From NCBI GenBank assembly GCA_964035545.1, contig OZ037766.1, forward strand, positions 31,424,773-31,488,772: a stretch of DNA of 64,000 bases. The letters run 5' to 3'. The DNA comes from Bugula neritina (taxonomy: Eukaryota; Animalia; Bryozoa). A model generated the notes under the pieces. The model saw nothing but the letters and a program-made list of their open reading frames with translations, had not been told where the DNA came from and made no database searches. Made by a program: the position numbers and the translations under genes. Below, one piece after another: positions 41,451 to 53,100 of this stretch. The first letter of the stretch is position 1, and each line of letters begins with the position of its first letter.

Positions 41451-44400
41451 CTACTGTTGTCTATCCTGGCCAGCACGACCCGTCAGTACGTTCGGTAGCG
41501 TCAGTGTTCTCCGTCTTGGCTCGTCGGTGTCCATCCAGACAGCCACACTGCCCAGGGTCACTTGCGTCTCTTCCGCAGGGAGTTGGGCTTCTACAGGTAA
41601 GGGAAGGTCTTCCAGAGCAGTGGGGGCAGACTGGGCCAGGGAGGGGGAACCCGTCGGGCTGACTGGAGCCGAGCCGGGGTTCCAAATAGAGGGAAAGTCG
41701 GGTGGAGTCGCATCGTCTACTCCAGTACCCATGTGGTCAGCTGATGACTCCGGCAGCGGGAGAACCATATCATAAGGATCCGAGTTAAGATTTGTACGTG
41801 TCGGCGATACTGAGACTAGAGTTGAAATGACCGAACCTCGTGTCACATGTTCAGTCATATTCCACGGCGCATTTCGGTGGGGCAACTCTACGCTCTCAGT
41901 ATCTGCCGATCTTCGGTACGTGATCTCAATAGTAGTATCTCTGGCAGGGTATCTAGGCCCGTAGGAATGTGGGTTACTGCCTGTACTAGGCGAATTCTGC
42001 CCTTGTGGGGATAAATCCACGGGTCCTACGTGATAATCAGCTAGATACCCAGGAGGTCTTTTGCTTCTGGCCTGTCTGTTCAGCTCTACAGGTGCCTCAG
42101 GCTGTGGTGGAGGTGCGGTAGGGGCAGGGATCCCTGGGTCACCTCCCTCAGCCTGAGGTGCTCTTTCTGGCACCGGGGCCGGCTCTGGGGCCGGTGCAAC
42201 TGGTGGACCAGGTAGAGGAGGGGGTTCTGGTGTCTGGTCCGGGTCCACTGGGTCCTGGACTGCGATCTCCCACTCTCTGGGCCGAGCCACCCGTCCTCGG
42301 GAGATGGGCTGGCGAGCCGGCTCGAGTAGGGGGGGAGCCTGCCCCGCAGCGTCGGGGCTGCCCTCATAGGGTTTTAACCGCTGCTCGTTTTGGACTGAGA
42401 CCTGCCCTGAGCGTTCCACACGGTATGTGTGGTTCGGTAAAACCTCTATGACGCAGTATGGCCCCACGAACTTGGGCTGAAGTTTAGCCGACTGTCCGCG
42501 CCTCCGGCGGTAGCTCACCATCCATACCCAGTCTCCTACTTGGTATAGTGGTGGCTCCTCGGAGTCTTCTGTCCTCGCCTGCCACTGCTGCTCGCGCAGT
42601 GCTTCATGAGCCTGCTCCATCGTCTCGATGAGCTTCCCCACGTACTCATGTACGGGGGCCTCGGGTGCAGGAACATGGTAGGTTAGGTGCTCCGGGACGC
42701 GAGTCTCTCGGCCGAGCATCAGGAAGTTTGGGGTCTCCAGGGTGCTGGAGTGTGGTGTACTGCGGTAGGCCCGCATGATTTGGGGTAGTACCACGTCCCA
42801 TTCTTCCTGGCCTCGGCCCAAGAGCAGGCTTCGGAGGGCATCTCCTAACATCCGGTTGTTCCTCTCTACGACTCCGTTCCCTTGCGGGTGATATGGGGTC
42901 GTCCGGCTTTGGTTCACCCCCCATATCCGGCAGAGGTCTCCCATCAGTTGGGACTGGAACTGGGCCCCCTGGTCAGTGTGAATCTGCTCGGGAAGCCCGA
43001 AATAACAGAATACATGCTGATCCAGGGTTCGGGCCACGGTGGGAGCTGATGCATCTGGTATAGCCAGCGCATCAGCCCACCGAGTGAGGTGGTCCGAGAG
43101 CACCAGTATCCAGGTGTTCCCTCTGGCGGATAACGGCATAGGTCCGACTAGATCCACGGCCACTACCTGCCATGGCCGACCAGCGTATAGCCGGCGTCGA
43201 CCGGTGGTCTCGGTAGGGCGGCCATGTTTACTAGCCTGGCAGACCTCGCACTGCCGTATCCGCAGTCGTACGTCCCGAGTCAGTCCGGGCCAGTACCAGC
43301 GCAGTCTCAGACATCTGATGACCCGACTGGCCCCTGAATGGGCCTGTTTATGGGTGTCCCAGATTATTTCCCGCCGGAGGGCACGTGGACATACGACGCG
43401 TTCCCTCTCACGGCGGTTATCTGCTGCGAGTGTAATGGTGAGGAGGCCATCCTGGTTGACCTTGAGGGAATCCCAGCGGCTACAGAGGTGTCGGTACTCG
43501 ACGTCCCCTTGTTGCTGCTGTTCCTCGGTAGGTCGGCGGCCCTCCTTCTTGGCCCGGAAGATGTCAGCTACTGCCCCTGGCAGTGTCTGCTGAAGCCGGC
43601 TCAACTCCTTGACGTTTTGATACAGCGTGGGGTTGGCCCGTAAGGCATTGACGGTGTCTGGTGGGTGTTCGGACCGAAGCTGGCCGCGTTCCCAACTATA
43701 GACGTTGTCGTCCCCCAGCTGTCTCTCCACGTCAGGGCGGGCAGGTCCTCCATCTCGCTCCTCAATGTGCAGACACTGCTTGCAGGCCTCCTCTGGCCGT
43801 CTGCTCATCCCATCGGCATTCCCGTGCTTCTTCCCAGCACGGTGCTCGATCCGGTAGGAGAATTCCGCAAGAATCTCCAGCCATCGGGCCACCTGGCTCG
43901 AGGGCTCGGCACGTTTACACAGCCATATTAGAGATGCATGGTCGGTTCGCAACCTGAACGCTCTCCCATACAAATCTGGCCGGAAGTGCTTCACCGCCTT
44001 AACTACTGCCAGGAGCTCCTTCCTGGTGGTGCAGTAGTTCTTCTCGGCGGGGGAGAGGGTCTTGCTGCAGTAGGCGACGACCACCTCAGTCCCACCCTGG
44101 ACCTGTGACAGAACAGCTCCCACGTTGTGGTCGCTGGCGTCGGTGTCCAGGATGTATTCTGTGGCTGGGTCAGGGTACGCCAAGATAGGCGCCTCTGTTA
44201 GCCGACTTTTGAGGTGGTCAAATGCCTGTTGCTCCTCCTGCGTCCACTGCCACCGGACCCCTTTCGCTGTTAGCCGATTCAGTGGCTGTGCAACTCCTGC
44301 AAACCCGGAGATGTACTGCCGATAGTACCCCACCAGGCCCAGGAATGCGCGTAGCTCCGTGAGGTCTCGGGGGACAGTCCACTCTTCCACAGCCCGTACC

Positions 44401-46389
44401 TTCTCCGGGTCGGTAGCGACGCCGTTACGGCCAACCACATGGCCCAGGTACTTCACCTCCGGCTGCAAGAGCGTGCACTTGGAGGGCTTTAGCTTCAATC
44501 CGGCGGCCCGAAGACGGTCAAAGACCTCCCGCAGACGACTGACATGAGTCGCAAAGTCTGGGGAGATTACTATGACGTCGTCCAGGTAGATGAGCAAGGT
44601 CTTCCAATGCAGTCCACTGAGGACCTGCTCCATGAGTCGCTGGAAGGTTGCCGGACGTTAGTCCAAATGGCAGAACCTTCCATTTCCAGAGTCCGTCGCG
44701 GGTGATGAACGCTGCTTTGTCCTGTGCATCAGGACTGAGGGGTACCTGCCAGTACCCACTCAGCAGGTCCAAAGTACTAAAGTACTTGCTCCCCGCGAGG
44801 GCATTCAGAGACTCGTCTATCCTGGGGAGAGGGTAAGCATCCTGGATGGTGACACTGTTGAGTCTGCGGTAGTCCACGCAGAACCTCCAGGTACCATCCT
44901 TCTTCTTGACCAAGACCACGGGAGAGCTCCACGCACCGTGGGCAGGCTCAATCAGGTCCCGGTCAAGAAGATCTTGCACTTGTCTGCTTACTTCCTTCTC
45001 CTTCTCCGGACCTAGCCGTCGTGTGGGCTGCCTGATGGGGGTGGTCCCGGCTGCCAAGGGTATCTCATGACACACCACCTTGGTCAGCCCCATGTCTTCG
45101 TCTCCGCCACTGAAGACGTCACTGTAGTCCACCAGTAGTCGAGCCAGTGCTTGGCGATCGGCACTACTGCTACAGTTCCCACAGGCCCCATCATATAGGC
45201 CAGCCACATGCTCCGGTATCTCCGTCCGTCCGGCCCGAGGGGAAGCACCCGGGGCGTCGGTCACTGTCTCCAGTGCCGGCCCCACATCCGATTCCTGGAT
45301 GGAGTGGTACTTCCCTACCAGGGCGCCTGCCGATAGCTTGATCGGCTCGGTGAAGGGGTTGATGCACTGTACGAGGAGTTCTCCCTGGCAGTCTAGCCGA
45401 TTCAGGCTGTTTGCCAACTGGATCCCTCCTGGCATTCCTTCCACCAGTCCCAGTCCAGCTATCCTCTTGCAGTTGACCTTGCAGCGTAGGGTAGCCTGGG
45501 ACCGTCCGGGTACAGTGCAGTTGTGCACTACTTGGACCCCACTTACCAAGGGCCTACCGAACTTGTCGACGCAGACAAGTTCCTTGCCAGCCATCACCAA
45601 CGCAGAATTCTGGAAGTCTATGCGACACTGGTGTTTCTCCAGAAACGGCATGCCCAGAATTGCGTCCTCCTTCAGATGGCTGACAATAAAGGTCTCGTGG
45701 ATCGCCTGATCCCGGACCCGTCCATGTAGTGTAAGGACGCCGTAAAAGGGAATGCATGATCCGTCCGCCAACGTACCATGCGCCCCCTCATACGGCTCGA
45801 GACTGGCCCTCACGTGGGCCCCAAGGGTGTCAAACAGGCGCCGACTCAGCAGGTTGGTAGTACAACCGGTGTCCAACAGGAAGGTGGCAGCTTTTCCCGC
45901 AATCTTCCCGGGTAGGAAGTAGCTGCTTCCATATGGCTGGACACTCTTAGGCTGGTCGGCCTCTGTGGGTGACACCCCCTGGGTTACCACGTGGGGTCGC
46001 CTCCTTGTCTTTGCGACAGCGGGGGTTTTTAGAGGCCTAGAAGGTAGCTTGGGAAACTCTTGCGAGTAAGCTGGATCTTCTTCTATGACCTCGTGGGTTA
46101 ACCCCGCGAACCGGTTGTGGAGTGGCCAGGCAGGAGGTTCGGGAAAACCTTGCGGTCTCTGAGGTCTCCGGGGTGCCTGCCACCCCGTGTCAGCTGGCTC
46201 CTTCCGGGTACTTCTTGGCATGGCTGGAGGTCGAGGTGGACCCCTAGGCCCCCTCTTCCCAGGACTAGGCCGTCCGAGGTTGGCCGCTCTGTCCATCGTC
46301 CCTCCGGATGCGTCTGGTAGACCCTTGAGTGGGAGGTTTGACCTGGGCTCACGGTTGGCGGAATCTACCGTGAGCCTCTGGCGTTTAAA
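41451..46389 (-). pseudogene. pol: Pol (protease-RT-RNase H-integrase) disrupted by a small deletion/frameshift in RT at about 44650
   Basis: PFGLTS is in one frame and PATFQRLMEQVL...YLDD is in another, so the conserved PFGL..AP.TFQR motif is split. This fits loss of about 5 nt. Confidence 0.85.
46346..46389 (-). promoter_or_regulatory. Programmed -1 ribosomal frameshift signal (gag-pol)
   Basis: A slippery T TTA AAC sits in the gag frame (46389-46383), followed by a 6-nt spacer and a perfect 10-bp stem GGCTCACGGT/ACCGTGAGCC. The pol ORF continues in the -1 frame (FKR). Confidence 0.85.
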
Positions 46390-47249
46390 GGTAGTTTCCC
46401 CTTTTGGGGACAACGCCGCTGGACGTGACCCGAGGCGCCACACCCCCAGCATGTGGGTTGGTTCGGCCTGGTTGGGTTAGTCCGAATTTCGGTCGTCCTC
46501 CTGCCTCCCTGTTGCTGTTGCAGTCTCGCTACTTCCAGTTGCAGGCCTTTTACCATGTCTACCAACATGGTGATCTGCGAGGAAGAGGGTGCAGGGTCAG
46601 CAACAGTGGCTACTGTGGCTTCTTCTTCTCTGGCCGCCTCTTCCACTTGACTTGCTGAGAAGTCGGCTCTATGGGGGTTGTCTACCTGATAGTAGGACCG
46701 GCCCATTGCTAGAGCTTCCTCGATCGTGGAAATCTTGGCGGCCAGGTAATGCTTCTGTAGAGCGCTGTCGTTGACAGTACTGAAGAAGGCCTCGTAGACT
46801 AGCTCCCGCCGCTCATCCAGAGCGGTTCGGCTGTATGCTATCAATGCCAGTCTTTCAATGGCGTTAGCATGGTCTTGCAGCGAGGTCCTTCTGTCCCTCT
46901 TCATGTTCTGGAGTTTGGTTCGGGCTTCTCTAGCAGTCAGACCGAACCGTGTCCGGAGTGCCTGATAGATCTGCCCAACACTCTTTCCGACAGCGTAGTT
47001 CTTAGCTGGTCCAGTCAGACATGACCGCAGCTGTAGAAGACGTACCGGTGCCGGCCACGCGGCGATGGTAGCAACATCTTCGAATTCTTTGATAAACTGC
47101 TCCACGTCGCAGTCCCCTCCGAAAATCGGCGGCTGAAGGCGATACCTGTCGAGAGGTGGTGCCGGGTTAGCCGGGCCGATTGCTCGGAGGGCAGTTACTA
47201 GGCTCTCCAGGGTGAGAGCCTCTCCTCCATCTTCTGGTCTCCTTGACAT
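46365..47249 (-). CDS. gag: Retrotransposon Gag (294 aa)
   Basis: The ORF follows the PBS and has a capsid-like region and the zinc knuckle CWGCGASGHVQRRC. Confidence 0.9.
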   Translation of the reverse strand: MSRRPEDGGEALTLESLVTALRAIGPANPAPPLDRYRLQPPIFGGDCDVEQFIKEFEDVATIAAWPAPVRLLQLRSCLTGPAKNYAVGKSVGQIYQALRTRFGLTAREARTKLQNMKRDRRTSLQDHANAIERLALIAYSRTALDERRELVYEAFFSTVNDSALQKHYLAAKISTIEEALAMGRSYYQVDNPHRADFSASQVEEAAREEEATVATVADPAPSSSQITMLVDMVKGLQLEVARLQQQQGGRRTTEIRTNPTRPNQPTCWGCGASGHVQRRCPQKGKLPLNARGSR

Positions 47250-47293
47250 TTGGCTAGCTCCTTGTCTCTTCCAAGGGCTGCCTGACTATTCTG

Positions 47294-47311
47294 ATCCCAC
47301 CGCTGCCACCA
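47294..47311 (-). promoter_or_regulatory. Primer-binding site complementary to the 3' end of tRNA-Leu
   Basis: The minus strand reads TGGTGGCAGCGGTGGGAT, 1 nt after the 5' LTR. Its plus-strand reading ATCCCACCGCTGCCACCA equals the conserved 3' end of metazoan tRNA-Leu (AAG/TAG) plus CCA. Confidence 0.85.
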
Positions 47312-47312
47312 A

Positions 47313-47869
47313 TGTAGTAGTTTTGTGGGTTATAGAATGAAATCAGGCAGAGAACATAACTCCTTGTTATAGAAGAGACAAGAGAGAGAGGTTGCCGTGT
47401 GCTTGCAGTACTTTATTGTAGTAGAGAGAAGTGTCCAATGTGAGCTCCAGTCCGCAAGTGACTGAAGCTCTAAAATGCGTGTCCTTTTATACCAGTGGAA
47501 CAAAGGACTTCTAGAACCTTCTACCGACAGCGGGCCGATGTTCGGCAGGGAATGGCGACATTAGTCATGTCGGTAACCGACACTGATCATGTCGGCAACC
47601 GACATTCGGTTTGTCGGCATCCACCTGCCGAAATCGGTCCAACTGTCGGTTTACATGAATCAGCAAAAATGAACCCAACCAAGTGTATGCGTATTGTAAC
47701 TTATAATTGGGGAAAGGGGATTAACTGTTTACTATGCTAAAGGCTTAACAATAGCCATAATATTTTAGGGTATTAGGAAGTTATGCTACAGACTTAGCAA
47801 TAACTACAGTATTTAGAAAAATAGCAATAAGTAATGTGTCAAGGGGGATAATTCCTAATATTTACCACA
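47313..47869 (-). repeat. 5' LTR (557 bp)
   Basis: It is a direct repeat of 40232-40788 with 3 substitutions seen by eye, and the PBS is adjacent. Confidence 0.95.
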
Positions 47870-50178
47870 CAACTACTATTCCTAATTAACGAGGAATTAA
47901 CTCTTAGGGCGAACTTAAAAATAAGCTAATAAAAACTTCCTGTTAACAACTTCAACTAATTCACGATGTATCTGTGGTTACTTCAAATATAAGCAACAAG
48001 TGATAGTACATGGCATATAATATTTAATTAATTCAAACAAATATTCAGTTTTGTGCTTATATTGTAGCTTTGGAACAAACAGCAAAGAGCTTTACAACAA
48101 AATTGACATCAAAACCTGAAGTTAGTTTTAGGCTATATTTTAGAAGTGGGCTTCTTTTTGAGATACCAAAATGTGCATGAGTGTAAGTGGTGAATACAGG
48201 TCTCAAAATGTTTTGTTTAACCCTGTATTTTATCCAGTTGAAAATCTAGAAGCATTAGGTATTGTTTTTTCTCATGTTTTATCATATTAAATGTGTTTGA
48301 TAATATATAATTTTATAATAAAATATAAAATAATATAATTATCTGATGAGGCATTTTCCTGGTTTATACTGTAAAGTCATTATAATAATTAACTACTTTT
48401 TATCCATTGTAAATTAACTTGCAAAGAGAAAAAGCTAAATTTATCCCCAAAATAGAGATTGGTCATTTTGGTTGTTGATTTCTGTATAAAATTCTTGCAA
48501 ATGGATAAATGCCAAAGGACTAAAGAGAATTTTGCTAGATGTAGGATCAAAACTGTAAATATGTGATTATATTTTACGTAACTGATTTAAATTATATGTC
48601 GCTAATTTGAAATCCATACAGTTACAGAAATATAATGGAGTGAGTAGAAAAAATGAAATGTTAGTCTTACCTTTTTGAAGTTTTTTTTTAACTGAAACTA
48701 GTAAAGCAAAATAATCTGTTTGAGAGAGCTGAGTTAATCCATTCTTGAACTTCTCATGAACAAAACCTCAGCTTAGTGTGCCCTGCGTTTAACACATCAC
48801 TCCGTCTGTAGCCCAAAATCCTATGCAGACATGCCAAAAGCCAACTAGACGTCCCAACCTTTTCCTAATTTGTTTAGAAGATCACAACTCTTGATTTATT
48901 GGGAATTTAAAATCAATAGGCTCAATCCATATTGTTTTGAGGAGATGATTATGCAGTTGAAGAGAGCGGTTGCCCAGCAACCCAACATCAATATGACAAT
49001 AAGAAGACTTTTCTATGTGCTCTTCTGTATTCTCACAACAATGGTAATCAATAGCAATTATTTTTATTGTGAGCCTCTACATATTGGAATTTCTGTGACT
49101 GCATGCTGTTATTCTTGCTGCTGACTACACAGCTAGAATGGAAGCTGCCGTAGAAATATTCACGGTTGATGCTGCTGCTCAGTATATTCAAAGCCTTTCA
49201 TCTTCTATAGAACTGAACAGTTGTGTGGCTGAGCTCCCTATTTCAAGATGAATGAATCAATGAGAATCCGAGTATAAATTACTACTTCAAAATGCTTAAC
49301 ATAAGTTTTTTCCAGAAAATAGCCAAGTATGCCATCACAGCAATAGCAAATGATAGCCAGGAAAAGCATTAAACAAGCTAAAGTAGCTCGAAGAAAACTT
49401 TGCATGGATCTACAAAATAAAGCTAGCAAGCTATTGTAACCGAAAAAGTGTGGTTAGTTTTAGTGTATGCCTTCGATATTATATAATATTTTAGCTGATG
49501 AATGTGGTACATTGTGCACAATCTTTAAGGTATAAAGGCACCATTATAGTAACAAAATTTTTCAAACAAATTTTATCATACTCTCTAACTTTTTACATTT
49601 TTATATATAGGCTGTGAGTTATCTTGAAATGTTCCACATATTTTAATTGACTAGCGGTACACAAAGTATATCATTACTAGACTTTGGCTAGTACTAAAAA
49701 TATGATTAAAAGACAGTCAATTATAGTTTAAATATAAAATAAATATATATTTTAGCTATGTACACACTGTGGATAATATGACATTACTGTTCTTTTCTAT
49801 TTATATATACCACTCTAATATATAAGCCTATAACAATTATCAAAGAGGAAAAACTGAAATATAATTATCATGTACCACCATGAATTGCAAATGTTACTAA
49901 ACATAATGTGTTTAATAATATTATTAATAAATGATAATTTTATGAAGCTCTACTTGTTATAACAGTATCACAAGAACTGAAATGAGTTTATTAACCATGC
50001 CTCCACATCTGATCAAATAGTTAGAGATAACACTTTGTGAAGTTGTTATCTTACTGCATACAGAAATCAATATTCAATAATAGAGATAAACAATTAATGA
50101 CTAAAAATTGAGAAAATTGCAGAAAGAATGGTGAAGCAAAATAATTCTAAATGACATAATAAGTAATGATATGAAGAC

Positions 50179-53100
50179 TTAGTTTTGATAAGTCATATGT
50201 TGAACACCCGAGTCACTGGACAAGCCATCTTCAGAGTGGTACTTGAGACGTCTCGGTGTTTGATAGTGAGCCTCTTCGGCTGTTCTAGGGCTAGCCTGCC
50301 TTCGTAGGCTTCTGTCAGTGTAATGGCCATTCTCACTTATTGATCTGGGACTATGGTGACCATTGTGGTGGTTCTGGTGGCCATTGTGGTGGTTCGGGTG
50401 ACCATTGTGGTGGTTTAGTTGACCATTGTGGTGGTTTAAGTGTTCAGTTGGATATTGTTGATAGCCATCAGTCTTATGTCTCTGGTAGGGATTACCTCGA
50501 CTATTATGAAGATGAGTATCTCCATTATAAGGATGTGGTTGTCTCTCCTGCTCGTGAACTGGCCCATTAACATGACTCATCTCTCGGTGTTGGTGACTCA
50601 TCCCCTTACTGTGATGAGTCATTTCTCTGTTATAATGAATCGCAGTGTCACCAGGAGACAAACTTCGAATAAATTGGGAGTCGTGCGCCGAGTTAGGTTG
50701 TCTGAAATGCTGCTCGTTCTGAGGAGACCCGCGAGGACGTGGACTCATCTGCTGCCTTGGCGTCCTCCCCTGTCTACCTGCTTCCTGATTGGATAATTGT
50801 GAAAGACTTTCAGAAGTTCTTTGACGTGGTATGGGGCGCTCTGCTCGATTTCGCGTGCGCTGAGAACTCAAGCTATATTGGCTACTTCTCAGACTACCTT
50901 CTCCTAAATGCTGAGATGAAATTGAGCGATTACATAAATCAAACTCTAGAGCATAGATATCGGGCTCCATGTTAACGGGAGGTTTGGCCGGGCCTTGTGG
51001 TACACCTCGAATGATTTCATTGTCTGTAGTATCATTGTCAGTGTCATAGTTTATCTTAGTTCTACTGCTACTCATTGTATCACATATCCCTTTACTTTGG
51101 CTCTCTTCTAATATGTTTACTTCTGATGGGATCCTTCAAAAAGAAGATAACTTCATGAGTAACTATTATATTAGGAAGAAGTAGCTTTATAAGAACTGTA
51201 AAAGTACGAAGCTAGACAAAAGGAAAACTTATGATACTCAATGAATAAAACATGCAAAGTGATCTGTAGGGTTACTAACACATGGCATAAAATTATATAA
51301 AATTTCTCTACTCTGTAGACATTTATGATAAAATATATAACAATACTGATAATTCACTGTTCAACAGGAATTGTGAAGTAAACACAATGACATCTAGAGG
51401 GAAGTGGAGGTGATACTATACAAACGTCAAGTATCTCTACGGATATTAAGATTACCTAAGTGACGGCCCTCCGTTTGCTTGCAAAAGTATGAACATGATT
51501 AAGAAAGAAAATAAAGTAAAAGAAAAGGAAACAAAAGTGCCAGAAGTCATCTTTTTAGTTATTGTTACATAAACAAATCCTAATAATAGAATAGATAAAT
51601 GGTGACTTTACATGACTTACTTATTGCACTTTTTATTCATGATGGTTTCAAAGTTAAATACATTTTTAAAGCTACAACGCTCTTGAGCTCATAAAGAACA
51701 CAGATACAAGTAACACATCACAAAGCTCACCGTCTATCTGCGTTTGGTTTAACTATTTTATCTGAGCTCGATTGCTTATCAATATGCTGCATGGCTTTCT
51801 CATACAGGTGACTCTCTAACATCTTCACGGCATCTCCTTTTCTCATTGGCTTAGCAGAGTGTTCTGTTTCTGTGGTTAGCAGCGGTGTGTTGGTCAGAGA
51901 TGTCTGCTGCAAACATGATACAAGCATTTTCACATTTGATGAACATGGATGGCACTGCATTCAGAGTAATCTAATATATAGTAATGGGTTAGTAAGCTTA
52001 GCTGTAACTATCGGAGTCTGTTATCCAACTTATTAGTAGATGATGGCGTAAGTGATCACATTTAACATGAGCAAATTTCTGATACATTTTCTGTTGCCAA
52101 TATTGCCATTCTAGACAATTCTGTAACTCCTGAAACTGAAACTCATGACTTTTTCTGTATTTGCATTTTGCTGTCACAGATAAATCAGCCACCAAATTAT
52201 ATTTTTTAATATATTGTATTAGATTGTATTATATAGCATATATAGTATTATATATTATATAGATTGTATTTATATAGCACTGTTATATCCATAACTGTGT
52301 TTTACCTGCTGCTGCCAGTAATTAACTCACCTGCTGTGCTTTCTTTACCGCTGCCAGCTCCGCCCTCACTCTACTCCTCTGGCAGCATATGCCAATTATA
52401 ATGATGAGGTTTAGAAACAGAAATGCGCTGCCTATCCCTGTAAGATAAACAACTATGGATGTGTTTAAAAAAATTACTATATCATCTATAGCAAACTGCA
52501 CTAGAAAGTTTTCTCTTCAAAAGCTCTGTTGAATGGTGAATACTTGCTTCTCAATTTACACTGTTTGTTGACATTAAAAAATTTTTATGGCATACAAATG
52601 AAGTTGAAGAGAATTAAATGTTCCTTAATAGTATGAAATCCTGAAGTATGTGAATAGGTGTAGCTAATGTCAAGGACATACCTATGGTGAGAGCTAGTGT
52701 CAAGGATATACCTATAGTGAGACCTAATGTCAAGGACATACCTATAGTGAGAGCTAATGTCAAGGACATCTGAATGCCTTCATCTGCAGACGACGGTGCT
52801 GAATTGGATTCTGTGAAATACACTGTTTTATTTTTATACCTAATGACTTCTACAACTTTTGTAACGACCTCTGTGATTGGCTGTTGAGCTATTACGTCTA
52901 CATCTGATTGGAGGATCCTGGCTATAAGCATGAAAAAATAATAATAATAAAAATATTTTCAACTACTTGTCTATGACACTTCTCTGTCAGTCAAACAAGA
53001 TTTATATATAAATGATGTAAGAATTTAATTGCCATAAGTTTCCATTTTGGTTTTGCAGAGGGTGTATAGAGTCAAACACATATTTGGAGTTAGCCTACCT

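Larger units (their letters stand above)
40232..47869 (-). mobile_element. Full-length Ty3/Gypsy LTR retrotransposon
   Basis: The element has paired LTRs with TGT...ACA termini, a PBS, gag with a CCHC knuckle, and pol in PR-RT-RH-IN order (LLDTG, FCVDYRRLN, YLDD, DAS, HHCC, DDE, GPY). Its interior is GC-rich against an AT-rich background. Confidence 0.97.

Noticed and set aside
43039-46774. Multiple plus-strand ORFs within the retrotransposon
   Set aside because: They are antisense shadows of GC-rich gag/pol and have no recognisable domains.
47294-47311. tRNA-Leu-like sequence as a tRNA gene
   Set aside because: Only the 3' 18 nt including CCA are present, so it is the PBS.
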